Part shown: in pieces, positions 36,760 to 45,389 of the stretch | Layout: the number at the start of each line of letters is the position of its first letter | How positions within the stretch are numbered: the stretch's first letter is position 1 | Source: a virus | Taxonomy: Duplodnaviria; Caudoviricetes | Virus record (IMG/VR): IMGVR_UViG_3300023093_000001 | Location: 1 to 59,490 of that record | Length of the DNA stretch: 59,490 nucleotides | Reading direction: 5' to 3' (one strand) | Made by a program: the position numbers and the translations under genes | The notes under the pieces: model-generated | What the model saw: the letters and a program-made list of their open reading frames with translations, nothing else | Told to the model about the DNA's origin: nothing | Database searches by the model: none

Positions 36760-37026
36760 CTACTTGCTCTCCTTCGGGGTACGGCTCTGGCGCCGGGGCT
36801 TGTTCTGCTCGTGCAACTTTCGACGAAGCTCCTGCATTTTCTCGTTCTCTTGGAACGGGCGCTCGGTCAGATGCGGCTTCGGAACGTACTTCGGCTTGGT
36901 CTTCGTCGAAACCGTCTCGCCAACCACAACGGGGTCCGTGGTGGTCTCGGTGACTGGCACGGCACGGCGCCACGATCCGGGCTTGGGTCGCTCTTCAGGG
37001 GTGGGGTCTACTTCGTTGTTGCTCAT
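36760..37026 (-). CDS. Hypothetical protein
   Basis: AAGGAG RBS. Confidence 0.6.
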   Translation of the reverse strand: MSNNEVDPTPEERPKPGSWRRAVPVTETTTDPVVVGETVSTKTKPKYVPKPHLTERPFQENEKMQELRRKLHEQNKPRRQSRTPKESK

Positions 37027-37072
37027 CAGGTACTTCTCCTTTGTGGCCAGAGCCGTTAAATATGGGTTGGGG

Positions 37073-37987
37073 TTACAGCTTGGAGTTGATCTCTCCGTCG
37101 ACGTTGAAGTCCAGCAGGATGCCGTCCGTCTCGCCGTTCAGGAACTGCTTCTTGGCCTGCGAGTTGACCGGGTTCTCCCAGCCAAAGTCGATGTAGCCGT
37201 CCTTGCTTTCCGGAAGATCGCGGTGAAGCCATCCAACGACCTGGCCGGCGGGAACCTCGGGAATGCCAAGCCAACTATATACCTCGTTGAGGTAGACGTA
37301 GCCACGAGCTTCGAGTCGATCGTTAGCCCAGTTCTGCATGTTCTTCAGGAACAGGAAGTTGAGCTCTCGTTTGGACCGCTCATAGTTCTTGTTGGACGGA
37401 TCGAACCACTGGACGTAGGGCGAGAGGCCTTCGCCAGTGAAGATCTTGACCTTGGTCTTCTTGCCGTCCTCATCCTCGACCACCTCGGTGCTGATGCCGT
37501 ATCGAATATCGGCTTCTTTGTCGGCACCGATGGCCTCGATGACACGCTGGCGATACGCGTTGAGTGCACTCTCAGCAGACTTGACCGCGGCTACGAGAGC
37601 AACCTGACGCTTCTGCGCAAGTCCCTGTCCGGCGATGATGGAAATGGACGAAGCCAGCGCAAGCGACACGCCAGGACCGTAGAGCTTGACCAGATCCAGA
37701 CCCGTGTGGAGGTACAGGTAGGCAAGGTCCTTCTGACGATCCTTCGGCGATGCGTATTCACCAGCTGCAGACTTCTCCGAGATGACGACCTTGCCCATCT
37801 CGTGGTTGTCCACCAGCGGCTCGAGCTTAAGGGTTGCCCGAGCGACCAGAACGGTAGCTGCCAAGTTACCCACAACACCGACTGCCGTGAGGATCTGGGG
37901 CGAATATCGGCTAACCCGACCTGCCACCAGCTGCACCTTCGGCCCACCAACAACGGCGAGCTTTCCAGCGATTGATGCGAAATTCAT
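37073..37987 (-). CDS. DUF6353-like protein
   Basis: P.ILT..GV.G, G.V.LNE.Y..LG, VGW, LDFNVDG; paralogue of 43334-44119. Confidence 0.6.
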   Translation of the reverse strand: MNFASIAGKLAVVGGPKVQLVAGRVSRYSPQILTAVGVVGNLAATVLVARATLKLEPLVDNHEMGKVVISEKSAAGEYASPKDRQKDLAYLYLHTGLDLVKLYGPGVSLALASSISIIAGQGLAQKRQVALVAAVKSAESALNAYRQRVIEAIGADKEADIRYGISTEVVEDEDGKKTKVKIFTGEGLSPYVQWFDPSNKNYERSKRELNFLFLKNMQNWANDRLEARGYVYLNEVYSWLGIPEVPAGQVVGWLHRDLPESKDGYIDFGWENPVNSQAKKQFLNGETDGILLDFNVDGEINSKL

Positions 37988-38226
37988 TTCATTCTCCTTG
38001 TGTTGACTACTTGTTCGTAGATTCGTTCAACGTCGACTGGAATATGAGCTTCCACTGTGTAATCGACGTAGTCTTCACCCGTGTAAAACGTCAAGGTAAC
38101 AAGTCTCTTCGGAAAGAGACCCGTGGTTCCGCTCTTGGCTACGGCCTTGACCCAGCCCCCGAAAGGGATAAAATCACCGACTCGAATTAGCTTGGCGGGC
38201 ACCACGACTGACCTGACGTTATCCAT
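37984..38226 (-). CDS. Small beta-barrel-like protein
   Basis: VPA..I.VGD motif. Confidence 0.6.
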   Translation of the reverse strand: MDNVRSVVVPAKLIRVGDFIPFGGWVKAVAKSGTTGLFPKRLVTLTFYTGEDYVDYTVEAHIPVDVERIYEQVVNTRRMK

Positions 38227-38260
38227 TAGTGGATGTGTTCCTTGAGGTACTGCATTGGAG

Positions 38261-38455
38261 CTACTCCTTCATTTCGTGGTAGATCCCATTGAAGAACTGG
38301 ACTTCCTCACCGTTCTCGAACCAGACGTTGGTACGACCATCGCCCATGTCATCGACGCTAGTAATGGGTGAGCCTGAATATGGTGTTCCCGGAACGTTCT
38401 TGATGACGTCCCCGACCTCGAACTCCTCCGGCTTCTTGGCAATACGCTCTGCCAT
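38261..38455 (-). CDS. Small beta-barrel-like protein
   Basis: PEEFEVGDVI. Confidence 0.6.
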   Translation of the reverse strand: MAERIAKKPEEFEVGDVIKNVPGTPYSGSPITSVDDMGDGRTNVWFENGEEVQFFNGIYHEMKE

Positions 38456-38634
38456 TAGAACCTACCTCCTTGATCCATGATCAGCTCGTACGTCTTCTCC
38501 GGCGTGATGACCTTGCCATTCGCGAAGGTGATCTCGACGTAATCGCGGTTTTGCTTGCGCACGCTCTTAACCGTGCCGTACTCGGGACTGTAGTCGCCCA
38601 CAGCCACCTCCTCGGCTGGAATTGGAAGTGCCAT
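38455..38634 (-). CDS. Small protein (59 aa, MALPIPAEEVAVGD...), not in the ORF track
   Basis: Manual translation; start/stop overlaps on both sides. Confidence 0.65.
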   Translation of the reverse strand: MALPIPAEEVAVGDYSPEYGTVKSVRKQNRDYVEITFANGKVITPEKTYELIMDQGGRF

Positions 38635-38837
38635 TACTTGTGTCCGCCTCTCTTACGCTTCTTACGACGCTCGACTGCCTTACGGTGAGCAAGGACTGCA
38701 CGCTCTCTACTGCGCTCATCCATGCCCGGAAGGGCCTCGTACGTCATCTTGATCTGCTCGCTAGCCCCCTGCGCGGCCTCACCCAAAGCTCTGGCAGCCC
38801 GGATGGTCTCCTGATAACGATCCTCTGGCGACTGCAT
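38634..38837 (-). CDS. Hypothetical protein
   Basis: Operon packing. Confidence 0.6.
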   Translation of the reverse strand: MQSPEDRYQETIRAARALGEAAQGASEQIKMTYEALPGMDERSRERAVLAHRKAVERRKKRKRGGHK

Positions 38838-39460
38838 TACGGCAGCTCGATCGGCGGCGGGAAGATAAGCGCGTAACCGGGGAACTGCCCACCAACACGC
38901 TTGATGTCGGTGTAGCCCATGTTTACCCAGCCGAACTTCTCGTCGATGAAGTTGCCGGTGATTCCAAGAGCAGACTTCAGGTCTGCCACAGATGCCTGCC
39001 CATATGCCTCGATGAGGTTACCGACCTTGTCCATGACCTCCTGTGCATCTCCTCTGGACTCGACGACGAACTCACTGACAACGTCGCTCGGGATGTTCGA
39101 TACGGCCTTGGGCTGGACTGCGGCCTTAGGGGTTGCTCCGCCACCGTTAGCATAGGGAGTGTATCCTCGAGTACTTACTGATCTGGACGAATATCCCTGC
39201 GCTGTGCCTCCGAAGAGCGTCCGACGAAGAGCAGACTCTCCCACGTCGAATATGAGGTCCTTCACACGAGGCAAGATGACCTCCATCAGGACGTACTGAC
39301 CGACGCTAGCGCCATCCTCACCCTTGAAGTTCTCCGCGATACGGCGTCCGAGAGGCTTCTTACGCTGAACTGCACCACCCTCGATGACCTTTTCGACTAC
39401 TTTTTCGTCCTCAGGCCCATCCGCTTTGTCCTGATTACTGTTGCTGGCGTAACTTGTCAT
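38837..39460 (-). CDS. Hypothetical protein
   Basis: C-terminal YG.ASVADL...GW resembles the end of the DUF6353-like proteins. Confidence 0.7.
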   Translation of the reverse strand: MTSYASNSNQDKADGPEDEKVVEKVIEGGAVQRKKPLGRRIAENFKGEDGASVGQYVLMEVILPRVKDLIFDVGESALRRTLFGGTAQGYSSRSVSTRGYTPYANGGGATPKAAVQPKAVSNIPSDVVSEFVVESRGDAQEVMDKVGNLIEAYGQASVADLKSALGITGNFIDEKFGWVNMGYTDIKRVGGQFPGYALIFPPPIELP

Positions 39461-39488
39461 GAATATGCTCTAATCTCTTAAATGTCGG

Positions 39489-39520
39489 CAAAACCTATAA
39501 GCCGTGGATGGCTTATAGAT
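39489..39520 (-). terminator. Terminator
   Basis: ctataagcc/ggcttatag stem followed by GTTTT on the minus strand. Confidence 0.65.
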
Positions 39521-39528
39521 CTCTTATG

Positions 39529-39867
39529 CTAGGACTCGGTGGGCTCGTCCTTCTGCCCCTCGGCGATGTCCGTGACGGTATCGGCGTAGCCGTCCTTGAA
39601 GGTGGTCTTACCCTCGGAGACGTCTTTGCCGAGCTTGACACCGCCCTTGAAGCCGTCGACGGTGGACTGGATCATGCGCTCGATGTAACCACCGGCTGCG
39701 TCACCCGCGACTGCTGCGAGAGTGACTCCACCGACGCCGACGAGGATCTTGCTGGCGAGCTTCATGCCGACCGGGGTGGTTGCCGTGATGACATTCCCGA
39801 CGACTGCTCCAGCACCGAGTGAGGTGGCGGCGCCTGCGACGAGCTTGATAACTGGTACGATGTTCAT
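39529..39867 (-). CDS. Membrane-associated Gly/Ala-rich protein
   Basis: Conserved RBS; glycine-zipper-like. Confidence 0.7.
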   Translation of the reverse strand: MNIVPVIKLVAGAATSLGAGAVVGNVITATTPVGMKLASKILVGVGGVTLAAVAGDAAGGYIERMIQSTVDGFKGGVKLGKDVSEGKTTFKDGYADTVTDIAEGQKDEPTES

Positions 39868-39960
39868 CTGTTTTTTCTCCTTGTTGTGGTTTGAGGCATA
39901 AGTGAAACCGCTTGTACATTAATGAGTACAAATTGCTAGAAGTCAATAAGTCCTTCTACG

Positions 39961-39990
39961 GGTTCACTATAAGCTGTGTAATTCGTGCGA
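39961..39990 (-). promoter_or_regulatory. Phage promoter motif copy 2
   Basis: TCGCA CGAAT TACA CAGC TTATAGTG. Confidence 0.8.
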
Positions 39991-39993
39991 GGG

Positions 39994-40290
39994 TTAGACC
40001 TGGGCGATACCAGGCTCGCCGTACTTGGTGGTGACGGTGCGTTGGAGGAACAAGATCTTGCCGACGGTCGGCATGTGCAGCCCCTTGGTTCGAGCCTCGT
40101 AGTCCTTGAGGAACTCCTCACGGCCTTCAGGTGTGTCGATCCGAGCGCTGTTCATGTTGGGCATCCAGACACCCCATTCGACGGTTCCATCGGGCCACTG
40201 GATGCCGTACTCGATCTCTTTCATGGTCTTACCCTTCTGGTAATCCTTGTTCGAGTAGGGGTTCTTTGGTGCAGTCGGAAGTGTTGTCAT
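39994..40290 (-). CDS. Hypothetical protein
   Basis: Conserved RBS. Confidence 0.7.
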   Translation of the reverse strand: MTTLPTAPKNPYSNKDYQKGKTMKEIEYGIQWPDGTVEWGVWMPNMNSARIDTPEGREEFLKDYEARTKGLHMPTVGKILFLQRTVTTKYGEPGIAQV

Positions 40291-40325
40291 CAGTTTTTCT
40301 CCTTTTGAAATATGAGTTGAAAGAG

Positions 40326-40410
40326 GGGTGGTGGCGGAAGCAGTTGAGGAAAGGGCTCCACTGCTGGCGATTTCCTAGAGGCGAAAATTCGAATCCGCAC
40401 GCCACCACCC
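40326..40410 (-). other. Stem-closed intergenic structure
   Basis: gggtggtggcg / cgccaccaccc 11 bp stem. Confidence 0.55.
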
Positions 40411-40421
40411 GCTCAGTTGCT

Positions 40422-41153
40422 TCAGATCAGTTCGTCCCGGGGGGAATCGGAACCAGTCTGAAGCGCCTCCGGCGGTGACACCCGATCCGGAGGAGTTGTT
40501 GAGGCATCGTTCTGACCCATGTAGGAATCGACCGTCTGAGGCTTCTGGTTGCGCTCAGCCATCTCCTGCTTGTACCGAAGGAACTCGGCGTACTCAGGGT
40601 CGATCTGCGCAGCCGACTGCTTGACGACGTTGGGCTGAGTCCGCTGATGGTCCTCGTCGAACTCCGTGCCGCGAACATCGTTGCGAGCTTCACGACGAGT
40701 CTCGGGCTGCTTCTTGGTCTGGTATCCCTGCATCGAGGGGTGGTTCTGAAGAGTCTCCGGAACGTTGCCCTGAGATTGCTGAGCCTCACCATCGGCAACG
40801 ATATCCTTCGGAAGGATGGACTTGATGAACTCGAGAGCGTAGTCCTTGTCCGAGAAGATCTCCATGAAGAGCGTGGAATATGCTTCGGTGGTTCGGAACT
40901 CATCGAAGAGGTCCTGTCCGTAGACGTTCTTCTTGACGAACTTACGCTCGGGAGTCTGAACGCCGTAGGCCGTAGCAAGCAGCTTGTTGAAGGTGTCCAT
41001 CAGCTGGTTCTGGTCTCGCGAAGCACCGATGACGACGAGGTCGCGACGGATGTTGAACTCCATTGCTTCTGCCTTGGTGATGTTGAACCAGGCGGTCATC
41101 TGAGCCGGCTCTCCGGTCATCTCGTCGATGTAGTTGATTACTTTTTCGAGCAT
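40422..41153 (-). CDS. Hypothetical protein
   Basis: AYG......F.K, F..TEAYS.LF.E; low-complexity C-terminus. Confidence 0.7.
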   Translation of the reverse strand: MLEKVINYIDEMTGEPAQMTAWFNITKAEAMEFNIRRDLVVIGASRDQNQLMDTFNKLLATAYGVQTPERKFVKKNVYGQDLFDEFRTTEAYSTLFMEIFSDKDYALEFIKSILPKDIVADGEAQQSQGNVPETLQNHPSMQGYQTKKQPETRREARNDVRGTEFDEDHQRTQPNVVKQSAAQIDPEYAEFLRYKQEMAERNQKPQTVDSYMGQNDASTTPPDRVSPPEALQTGSDSPRDELI

Positions 41154-41392
41154 TAGTTAGTCCTTCTATTGTTGAAATTGTGCGAATGAACGCTGGCCTG
41201 TGCATCGAGCAAGGCCAAGCTATGGATGAAATGCCCACGACAATACTGGATGTATGCCTCCTTAAAGAGGTGTTCGTTATCCAGCTCGTAGTGTGTCAGA
41301 TCGTGGGCAGCGGTGTAGCCAAGTGCAATTTGACGCTTCCGTTCCTTACGAATAAGGTAACGAAGATACCGCTGCAAAAGACGGTATGGCAT
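41153..41392 (-). CDS. Hypothetical protein
   Basis: GGAGG RBS. Confidence 0.55.
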   Translation of the reverse strand: MPYRLLQRYLRYLIRKERKRQIALGYTAAHDLTHYELDNEHLFKEAYIQYCRGHFIHSLALLDAQASVHSHNFNNRRTN

Positions 41393-41407
41393 TATCCCTC
41401 CAAAAGG

Positions 41408-41453
41408 AAAACCTGAAAGCTATGAGCGGGTTAGGCAAATAGCTTTCAGGTTT
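41408..41453 (-). terminator. Terminator
   Basis: aaacctgaaagctat / atagctttcaggttt. Confidence 0.75.
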
Positions 41454-41495
41454 AATTTCCGTATTTCTTTGTGGTTGATGTGAGTTAGTACAGGA

Positions 41496-41651
41496 CTACT
41501 CGGCGTCGAGTTCCACTTCCTCGGAAGGCTGCGCTGCAGCGAAGACGAGTGCTCCGGCGATGATGAGGCCGGTAGCAGCCGCTCCGATGATGAGCGCCTT
41601 CTTGAGGATGATGGACTTGTTCGACTTGAGTGAGGTGATGTTTTTGGTCAT
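41496..41651 (-). CDS. Small membrane protein (51 aa, MTKNITSL...), not in the ORF track
   Basis: Manual translation; lies between promoter copy 3 and a terminator. Confidence 0.7.
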   Translation of the reverse strand: MTKNITSLKSNKSIILKKALIIGAAATGLIIAGALVFAAAQPSEEVELDAE

Positions 41652-41675
41652 TTCATTTCCTTTTCAGAGTGGGAC

Positions 41676-41707
41676 GGGTGTCACTATAACCCTTGTAATT
41701 CTTGCGA
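41676..41707 (-). promoter_or_regulatory. Phage promoter motif copy 3
   Basis: TCGCA AGAAT TACA AGGG TTATAGTG. Confidence 0.8.
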
Positions 41708-41711
41708 AGGC

Positions 41712-41984
41712 TTACGGTGCGAGCTTGATCTTGTGGGGCTGTGGAAGTGGCACCGGGTGCGTGTATTCGCATTTCGGATCCGACTCATACCAGAAATGAA
41801 CGTACTCGTCCCGGCGCTCGGAATACCTGATGCAAGTGCATTTGCGGACGCTTGTCTCCTGGATGTGACCTTCCAAACTGATCTCTACCATATCCCCCTC
41901 CGCAACCCGTTCGCCGATCTTGTCCGCCATGTCGTGGAGATCACTCTGGACTTCCCGCGGTAGTTCTTTACTTAGTGCCGCCAC
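41712..41984 (-). CDS. Hypothetical protein
   Basis: Likely GTG start; CTC...DPKC..H. Confidence 0.55.
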   Translation of the reverse strand: MAALSKELPREVQSDLHDMADKIGERVAEGDMVEISLEGHIQETSVRKCTCIRYSERRDEYVHFWYESDPKCEYTHPVPLPQPHKIKLAP

Positions 41985-42150
41985 TGGTTCTCTCACTTTC
42001 TTTAGGCCAAACTTTGAGGGTGGGGATTCCGTCCTCATTCGATGCGAAATGCCATTGCTTGTCGATATCCATGCTGTCAACGTGATGTCTAGGCATCTGA
42101 CACTCGATTCCGTCATCCGAAACGAAGTCGCACTGGAAAAGGTGAGCCAT
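41968..42150 (-). CDS. Hypothetical protein
   Basis: Operon packing. Confidence 0.5.
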   Translation of the reverse strand: MAHLFQCDFVSDDGIECQMPRHHVDSMDIDKQWHFASNEDGIPTLKVWPKESERTSGGTK

Positions 42151-42362
42151 TATCCGATCACTCTCTGTAGAACTTCTACGGTCTTACGCAGCGTTCGAAT
42201 ATCCGCCTGCTGCTTGAGGATGATACCGAGCGCCAGCCCTCCAACTACGAGAGTGACGTTACGGCGGTTGAATATGGACTCCGCCTTCTCAGCGACATCC
42301 ACGAGAGTCTCTCCGTCGATCTTGTGGTGACGAGAGCCCTTACCGAGCGTGATGGTAACCAT
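42150..42362 (-). CDS. Small membrane protein
   Basis: Hydrophobic segment; start/stop overlaps. Confidence 0.6.
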   Translation of the reverse strand: MVTITLGKGSRHHKIDGETLVDVAEKAESIFNRRNVTLVVGGLALGIILKQQADIRTLRKTVEVLQRVIG

Positions 42363-42556
42363 CAGCGACGACCTTTCGACTTAGTGCCTAGGATCCCCGG
42401 ACCTCTTTTTGAGTTTGGATTGAAAGATGTTGTCCAGTTACTGACAAGAGCTTCGTCAGTCTTTTCAGCCTCCATAACCAGATCCCGTGCTAGGTCCTGA
42501 ACCCGCTTATAAAGCTCTGAGTCAGTCGACTCGAGACTCATCGTCAGCTTGATCAT
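42362..42556 (-). CDS. Hypothetical protein
   Basis: GGAGG RBS before MIKLT. Confidence 0.55.
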   Translation of the reverse strand: MIKLTMSLESTDSELYKRVQDLARDLVMEAEKTDEALVSNWTTSFNPNSKRGPGILGTKSKGRR

Positions 42557-43046
42557 TCTCCACCTCCAAAATGAGCTCGTCCGGGTCGCCGTAGAGCATG
42601 TCCCGGAGTTCCTGAATGGGTTCACGCGACTCCCAGAGACCGTCTGCCAGCTTTGGGACGTCGTGCCATTCGCCAAGCCTTTCACCCTGACGGTCCACCC
42701 ACTGGAATATCCATTCTTTGATGTACTCTGGTGTGGTATTGCCCGAGGTCAGTTCGTCGTACCGCGCGGCAGGGAAACGTACCGCACCGATCTCCGGGAA
42801 AAGCTCCTTGAGGACCGGCTCGCAGACGTCGGATGCACGGGTCAGCTGGTGGGTGAAGAGGCTGTCTCCGGTCATCCAGTCGAGGATGTTGTAGAGGCCG
42901 CCCACTCCGTCATGAGATACCAGACGACCTGTGGTGATCGACAGAATATCGCCGATGGCAATGCTTTTGTACTGAGTGTTTGCCTCGTCGACAACGGCTT
43001 GCACTTCCTTGACTTGCTCGAAGAAGGATTTCTCCTGATCAGTCAT
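42522..43046 (-). CDS. Hypothetical protein
   Basis: GDILSITTGRL...L.WMTG..LFTHQL. Confidence 0.7.
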   Translation of the reverse strand: MTDQEKSFFEQVKEVQAVVDEANTQYKSIAIGDILSITTGRLVSHDGVGGLYNILDWMTGDSLFTHQLTRASDVCEPVLKELFPEIGAVRFPAARYDELTSGNTTPEYIKEWIFQWVDRQGERLGEWHDVPKLADGLWESREPIQELRDMLYGDPDELILEVENDQADDESRVD

Positions 43047-43212
43047 TACTCACCTCATCCACGCTGTAGCTCATGTAGACGAGCTCGGGAGACGGATCGA
43101 TTGAAGATTGCCTGTCTTTTACCGCCCATATCGCCTGGTGGCCGACGACATCTGCCATGTCGAGTGGTTTGTCCGTTTCAATTTCGATCGTAATGCTAAG
43201 TTTCTTTTTCAT
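43039..43212 (-). CDS. Small protein (57 aa, MKKKLSIT...), not in the ORF track
   Basis: Manual translation; AAGGAGAAAAACTGATG start. Confidence 0.7.
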   Translation of the reverse strand: MKKKLSITIEIETDKPLDMADVVGHQAIWAVKDRQSSIDPSPELVYMSYSVDEVSND

Positions 43213-43242
43213 CAGTTTTTCTCCTTGTTAAATATGCGTAGG

Positions 43243-43279
43243 CGGGAAGCCCAGAGCTAGCTAGTACCTGGGCTTCCCG
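43243..43279 (-). other. 12-bp intergenic hairpin
   Basis: cgggaagcccag / ctgggcttcccg. Confidence 0.6.
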
Positions 43280-43333
43280 TAAAGCAACGCGTTAGTCGCA
43301 ATCAACGCAGTGTGCAGGCCCTCTGCACTCTCT

Positions 43334-44119
43334 TCATTGAAACCCTTTCCAGTAGTTACCCAGCGGCTTCCTCAAGAAGGAAATCACGATCGCGGGCTCG
43401 TCCTGGTCGGACATCTGAGTTGAGTAGTCGAGTTCAACCGGCGACTCAGGGGTCCATCCGACTTCCTCACCCGAATCGATCGGAGCGAGGCCGATGGCGA
43501 TATAGAACTCGTTCAACGATGCGTACTCCTGGTTCAGAATACGGAAGTTGATGTCGTTCACCGCCTTGTCTACCAACTGCTTCGTCGATTTGAAGTAGCG
43601 GCCGGTGTACTTGTCGTAGAACAGCTGGTCGCCGTTCCCAACCATGATTACTTCGCGGGTTGAGACCGGATCCTTCTCGATTGTTTCCCGAGCGATGTCG
43701 TCACGCACCTTGCGGTCCTTTGCCGGAGCCTCAGCCGCCATGCGCTCCTGGTACTCACGAGCAGCCGCTTCGCCGATACTGATCACGGAGATCAGAGCCG
43801 CGTTACGACGCATGTTTATCGACTGGGCACCGATGATGGCTCCGATCGTGATGATCTCCAGTCCCAGAGCTGGAATATAGTCCTTCCAGACCAGCTTGAT
43901 GACTTCGCGCTTGGTGAGTGGAACGTCCACCCAACCTTCTTCGTGATCGGCGTTCTTCTCGACGAAGGCGCTGTCCAACTTGAAGGTCGCCCGGGGCGTT
44001 GCCTTGACCGCCAGAATTGCAGATCCGACGGAGCCCGCCACACCGAGTCCGGTGAGGATGGTTGATGAGTTCCGCTTGAGCAGAGGCGCTACCCCGCGGA
44101 CGATTGTTGCGATATCCAT
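43334..44119 (-). CDS. DUF6353-like protein
   Basis: STILTGLGVAG, KATP.A, YASLNEFY..IGL, VGW. Confidence 0.65.
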   Translation of the reverse strand: MDIATIVRGVAPLLKRNSSTILTGLGVAGSVGSAILAVKATPRATFKLDSAFVEKNADHEEGWVDVPLTKREVIKLVWKDYIPALGLEIITIGAIIGAQSINMRRNAALISVISIGEAAAREYQERMAAEAPAKDRKVRDDIARETIEKDPVSTREVIMVGNGDQLFYDKYTGRYFKSTKQLVDKAVNDINFRILNQEYASLNEFYIAIGLAPIDSGEEVGWTPESPVELDYSTQMSDQDEPAIVISFLRKPLGNYWKGFQ

Positions 44120-44127
44120 GTGTTTCC

Positions 44128-44361
44128 TTAGCGGTGAGTTGCGGTGTGGTGCTTGGCCGGCGCGTAGATATAGGTTGTGAGGTCGGCGTCATACCTCATG
44201 TTCTTCTTGAGATTCCGCATGCGAAGCTTGTGACGACGGTCTGCGAAATATGCCGAGAAGAGATCGGCGATGAAGTGACGGAAGATGACGATCAGCAGTG
44301 CGGCCCAGAGGACGGCCGAGAGCGGAACTGCGATCTGCCATGGAATGGTGTCGAGTGGCAT
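44128..44361 (-). CDS. Membrane protein
   Basis: Conserved RBS; one TM. Confidence 0.65.
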   Translation of the reverse strand: MPLDTIPWQIAVPLSAVLWAALLIVIFRHFIADLFSAYFADRRHKLRMRNLKKNMRYDADLTTYIYAPAKHHTATHR

Positions 44362-44455
44362 CAGTTTTTCTCCTTTGTGTGTATTGTTGGGCATAAAGCG
44401 AACCGCATGTAACTGTGTCAGTTCACAGTCCGAATTAACGGGACCGTCATACATG

Positions 44456-44485
44456 GGTTCACTATAAGCTATGTTTTTCTTGCGG
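44456..44485 (-). promoter_or_regulatory. Phage promoter motif copy 4
   Basis: CCGCA AGAAA AACA TAGC TTATAGTG. Confidence 0.75.
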
Positions 44486-44488
44486 GGG

Positions 44489-44716
44489 TTAGTCGAGCTC
44501 TTTTAGCTTGGTGGTAAGCATCACGCCGATCGTTACGGCCGCCCAGTACAAGAATATGCACAGCGGAATAGCCACCCACCAGGTCCACCCGCCAAGCAGA
44601 TAGCCTAGGTAGTTGGCCGCGAATACGAGAGCGAGGATGGCAGCACAGAACCACACTATGATTACCAGTATTCCGATGATCGCCAGGGTTTCTAGTGTCT
44701 TGTGCTTCTTAGCCAT
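44489..44716 (-). CDS. Two-TM membrane protein
   Basis: Hydrophobic. Confidence 0.65.
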   Translation of the reverse strand: MAKKHKTLETLAIIGILVIIVWFCAAILALVFAANYLGYLLGGWTWWVAIPLCIFLYWAAVTIGVMLTTKLKELD

Positions 44717-44898
44717 TACTCGATCTCTCGAATATATAGTCGAATGGAGGGCACGAACTTGGCGTCGAGTCGGACATAAGACACACGGCTCCCAGGACTT
44801 GAAGGCTCACAGACTCCGACAACGTAGTCCTCCAGCTCCTCGGTACGGTCATTGTAAAAGCCGACGACCGTACCGACTTTGAGTGTTACCTCATCCAT
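44716..44898 (-). CDS. Hypothetical protein
   Basis: Start/stop overlaps. Confidence 0.6.
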   Translation of the reverse strand: MDEVTLKVGTVVGFYNDRTEELEDYVVGVCEPSSPGSRVSYVRLDAKFVPSIRLYIREIE

Positions 44899-45023
44899 CA
44901 GTGCTTGCGCATCTCGCGGACGAAGACCCAGATGAGCCAGAAGCCGGCGGTGATGATGGTCATGATGGCGTCGAAGAGAAAGCTTCCGAAGCCGTACTTC
45001 TTGCGGTAAATGATTGTAGCCAT
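44898..45023 (-). CDS. Small membrane protein (41 aa, MATIIYRKKYGFG...)
   Basis: Manual translation; AAGGAG RBS. Confidence 0.65.
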   Translation of the reverse strand: MATIIYRKKYGFGSFLFDAIMTIITAGFWLIWVFVREMRKH

Positions 45024-45058
45024 GGTATTTCTCCTTTGTTAGTGGTTTTTGGTTGGTA

Positions 45059-45289
45059 TTACATGTGGGTTTTAGTGTATGATCTGATTTTGTACTTGGG
45101 TGGAAGTATCCAATCTTCTTTTTTCTGATCGTATACCCCTTCAGTCACTGGTTTTGCGATCACTCGATACTCAACGCAGTGAAGCTTAATGACGTAGATG
45201 TTCCACTCAGAAGACAAGCCTTCATCGTCAAAGACATCGAGGCTTGAGCATGAATGAGCGAGAAGATGGTCGATCGTTAGCATTTTCAT
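45059..45289 (-). CDS. Hypothetical protein
   Basis: GAAAGG RBS. Confidence 0.5.
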   Translation of the reverse strand: MKMLTIDHLLAHSCSSLDVFDDEGLSSEWNIYVIKLHCVEYRVIAKPVTEGVYDQKKEDWILPPKYKIRSYTKTHM

Positions 45290-45311
45290 GCCTTTCTTTA
45301 TAGTTGGTTTG

Positions 45312-45380
45312 TGGCCCAGCGAGACTCGAACTCACGTTTTGATCAAAATCGATCAGGTTCTACCAGTTAAACTATGGGCC
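45312..45380 (-). tRNA. tRNA-like element with a non-canonical anticodon arm (no isotype assignable)
   Basis: GGCCCA-TA-GTTT AACTGGTA GAAC-C-TGATC GATTTT GATCA-AAAC-GTGAG TTCGAGT CTCGC-TGGGCC-A. Confidence 0.6.
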
Positions 45381-45389
45381 TGGTACTAA

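Noticed and set aside
40325-40412. Possible tRNA (GGTGGCGGAA...TTCGAATCC)
   Set aside because: No proper T-stem, D-arm or anticodon arm on either strand
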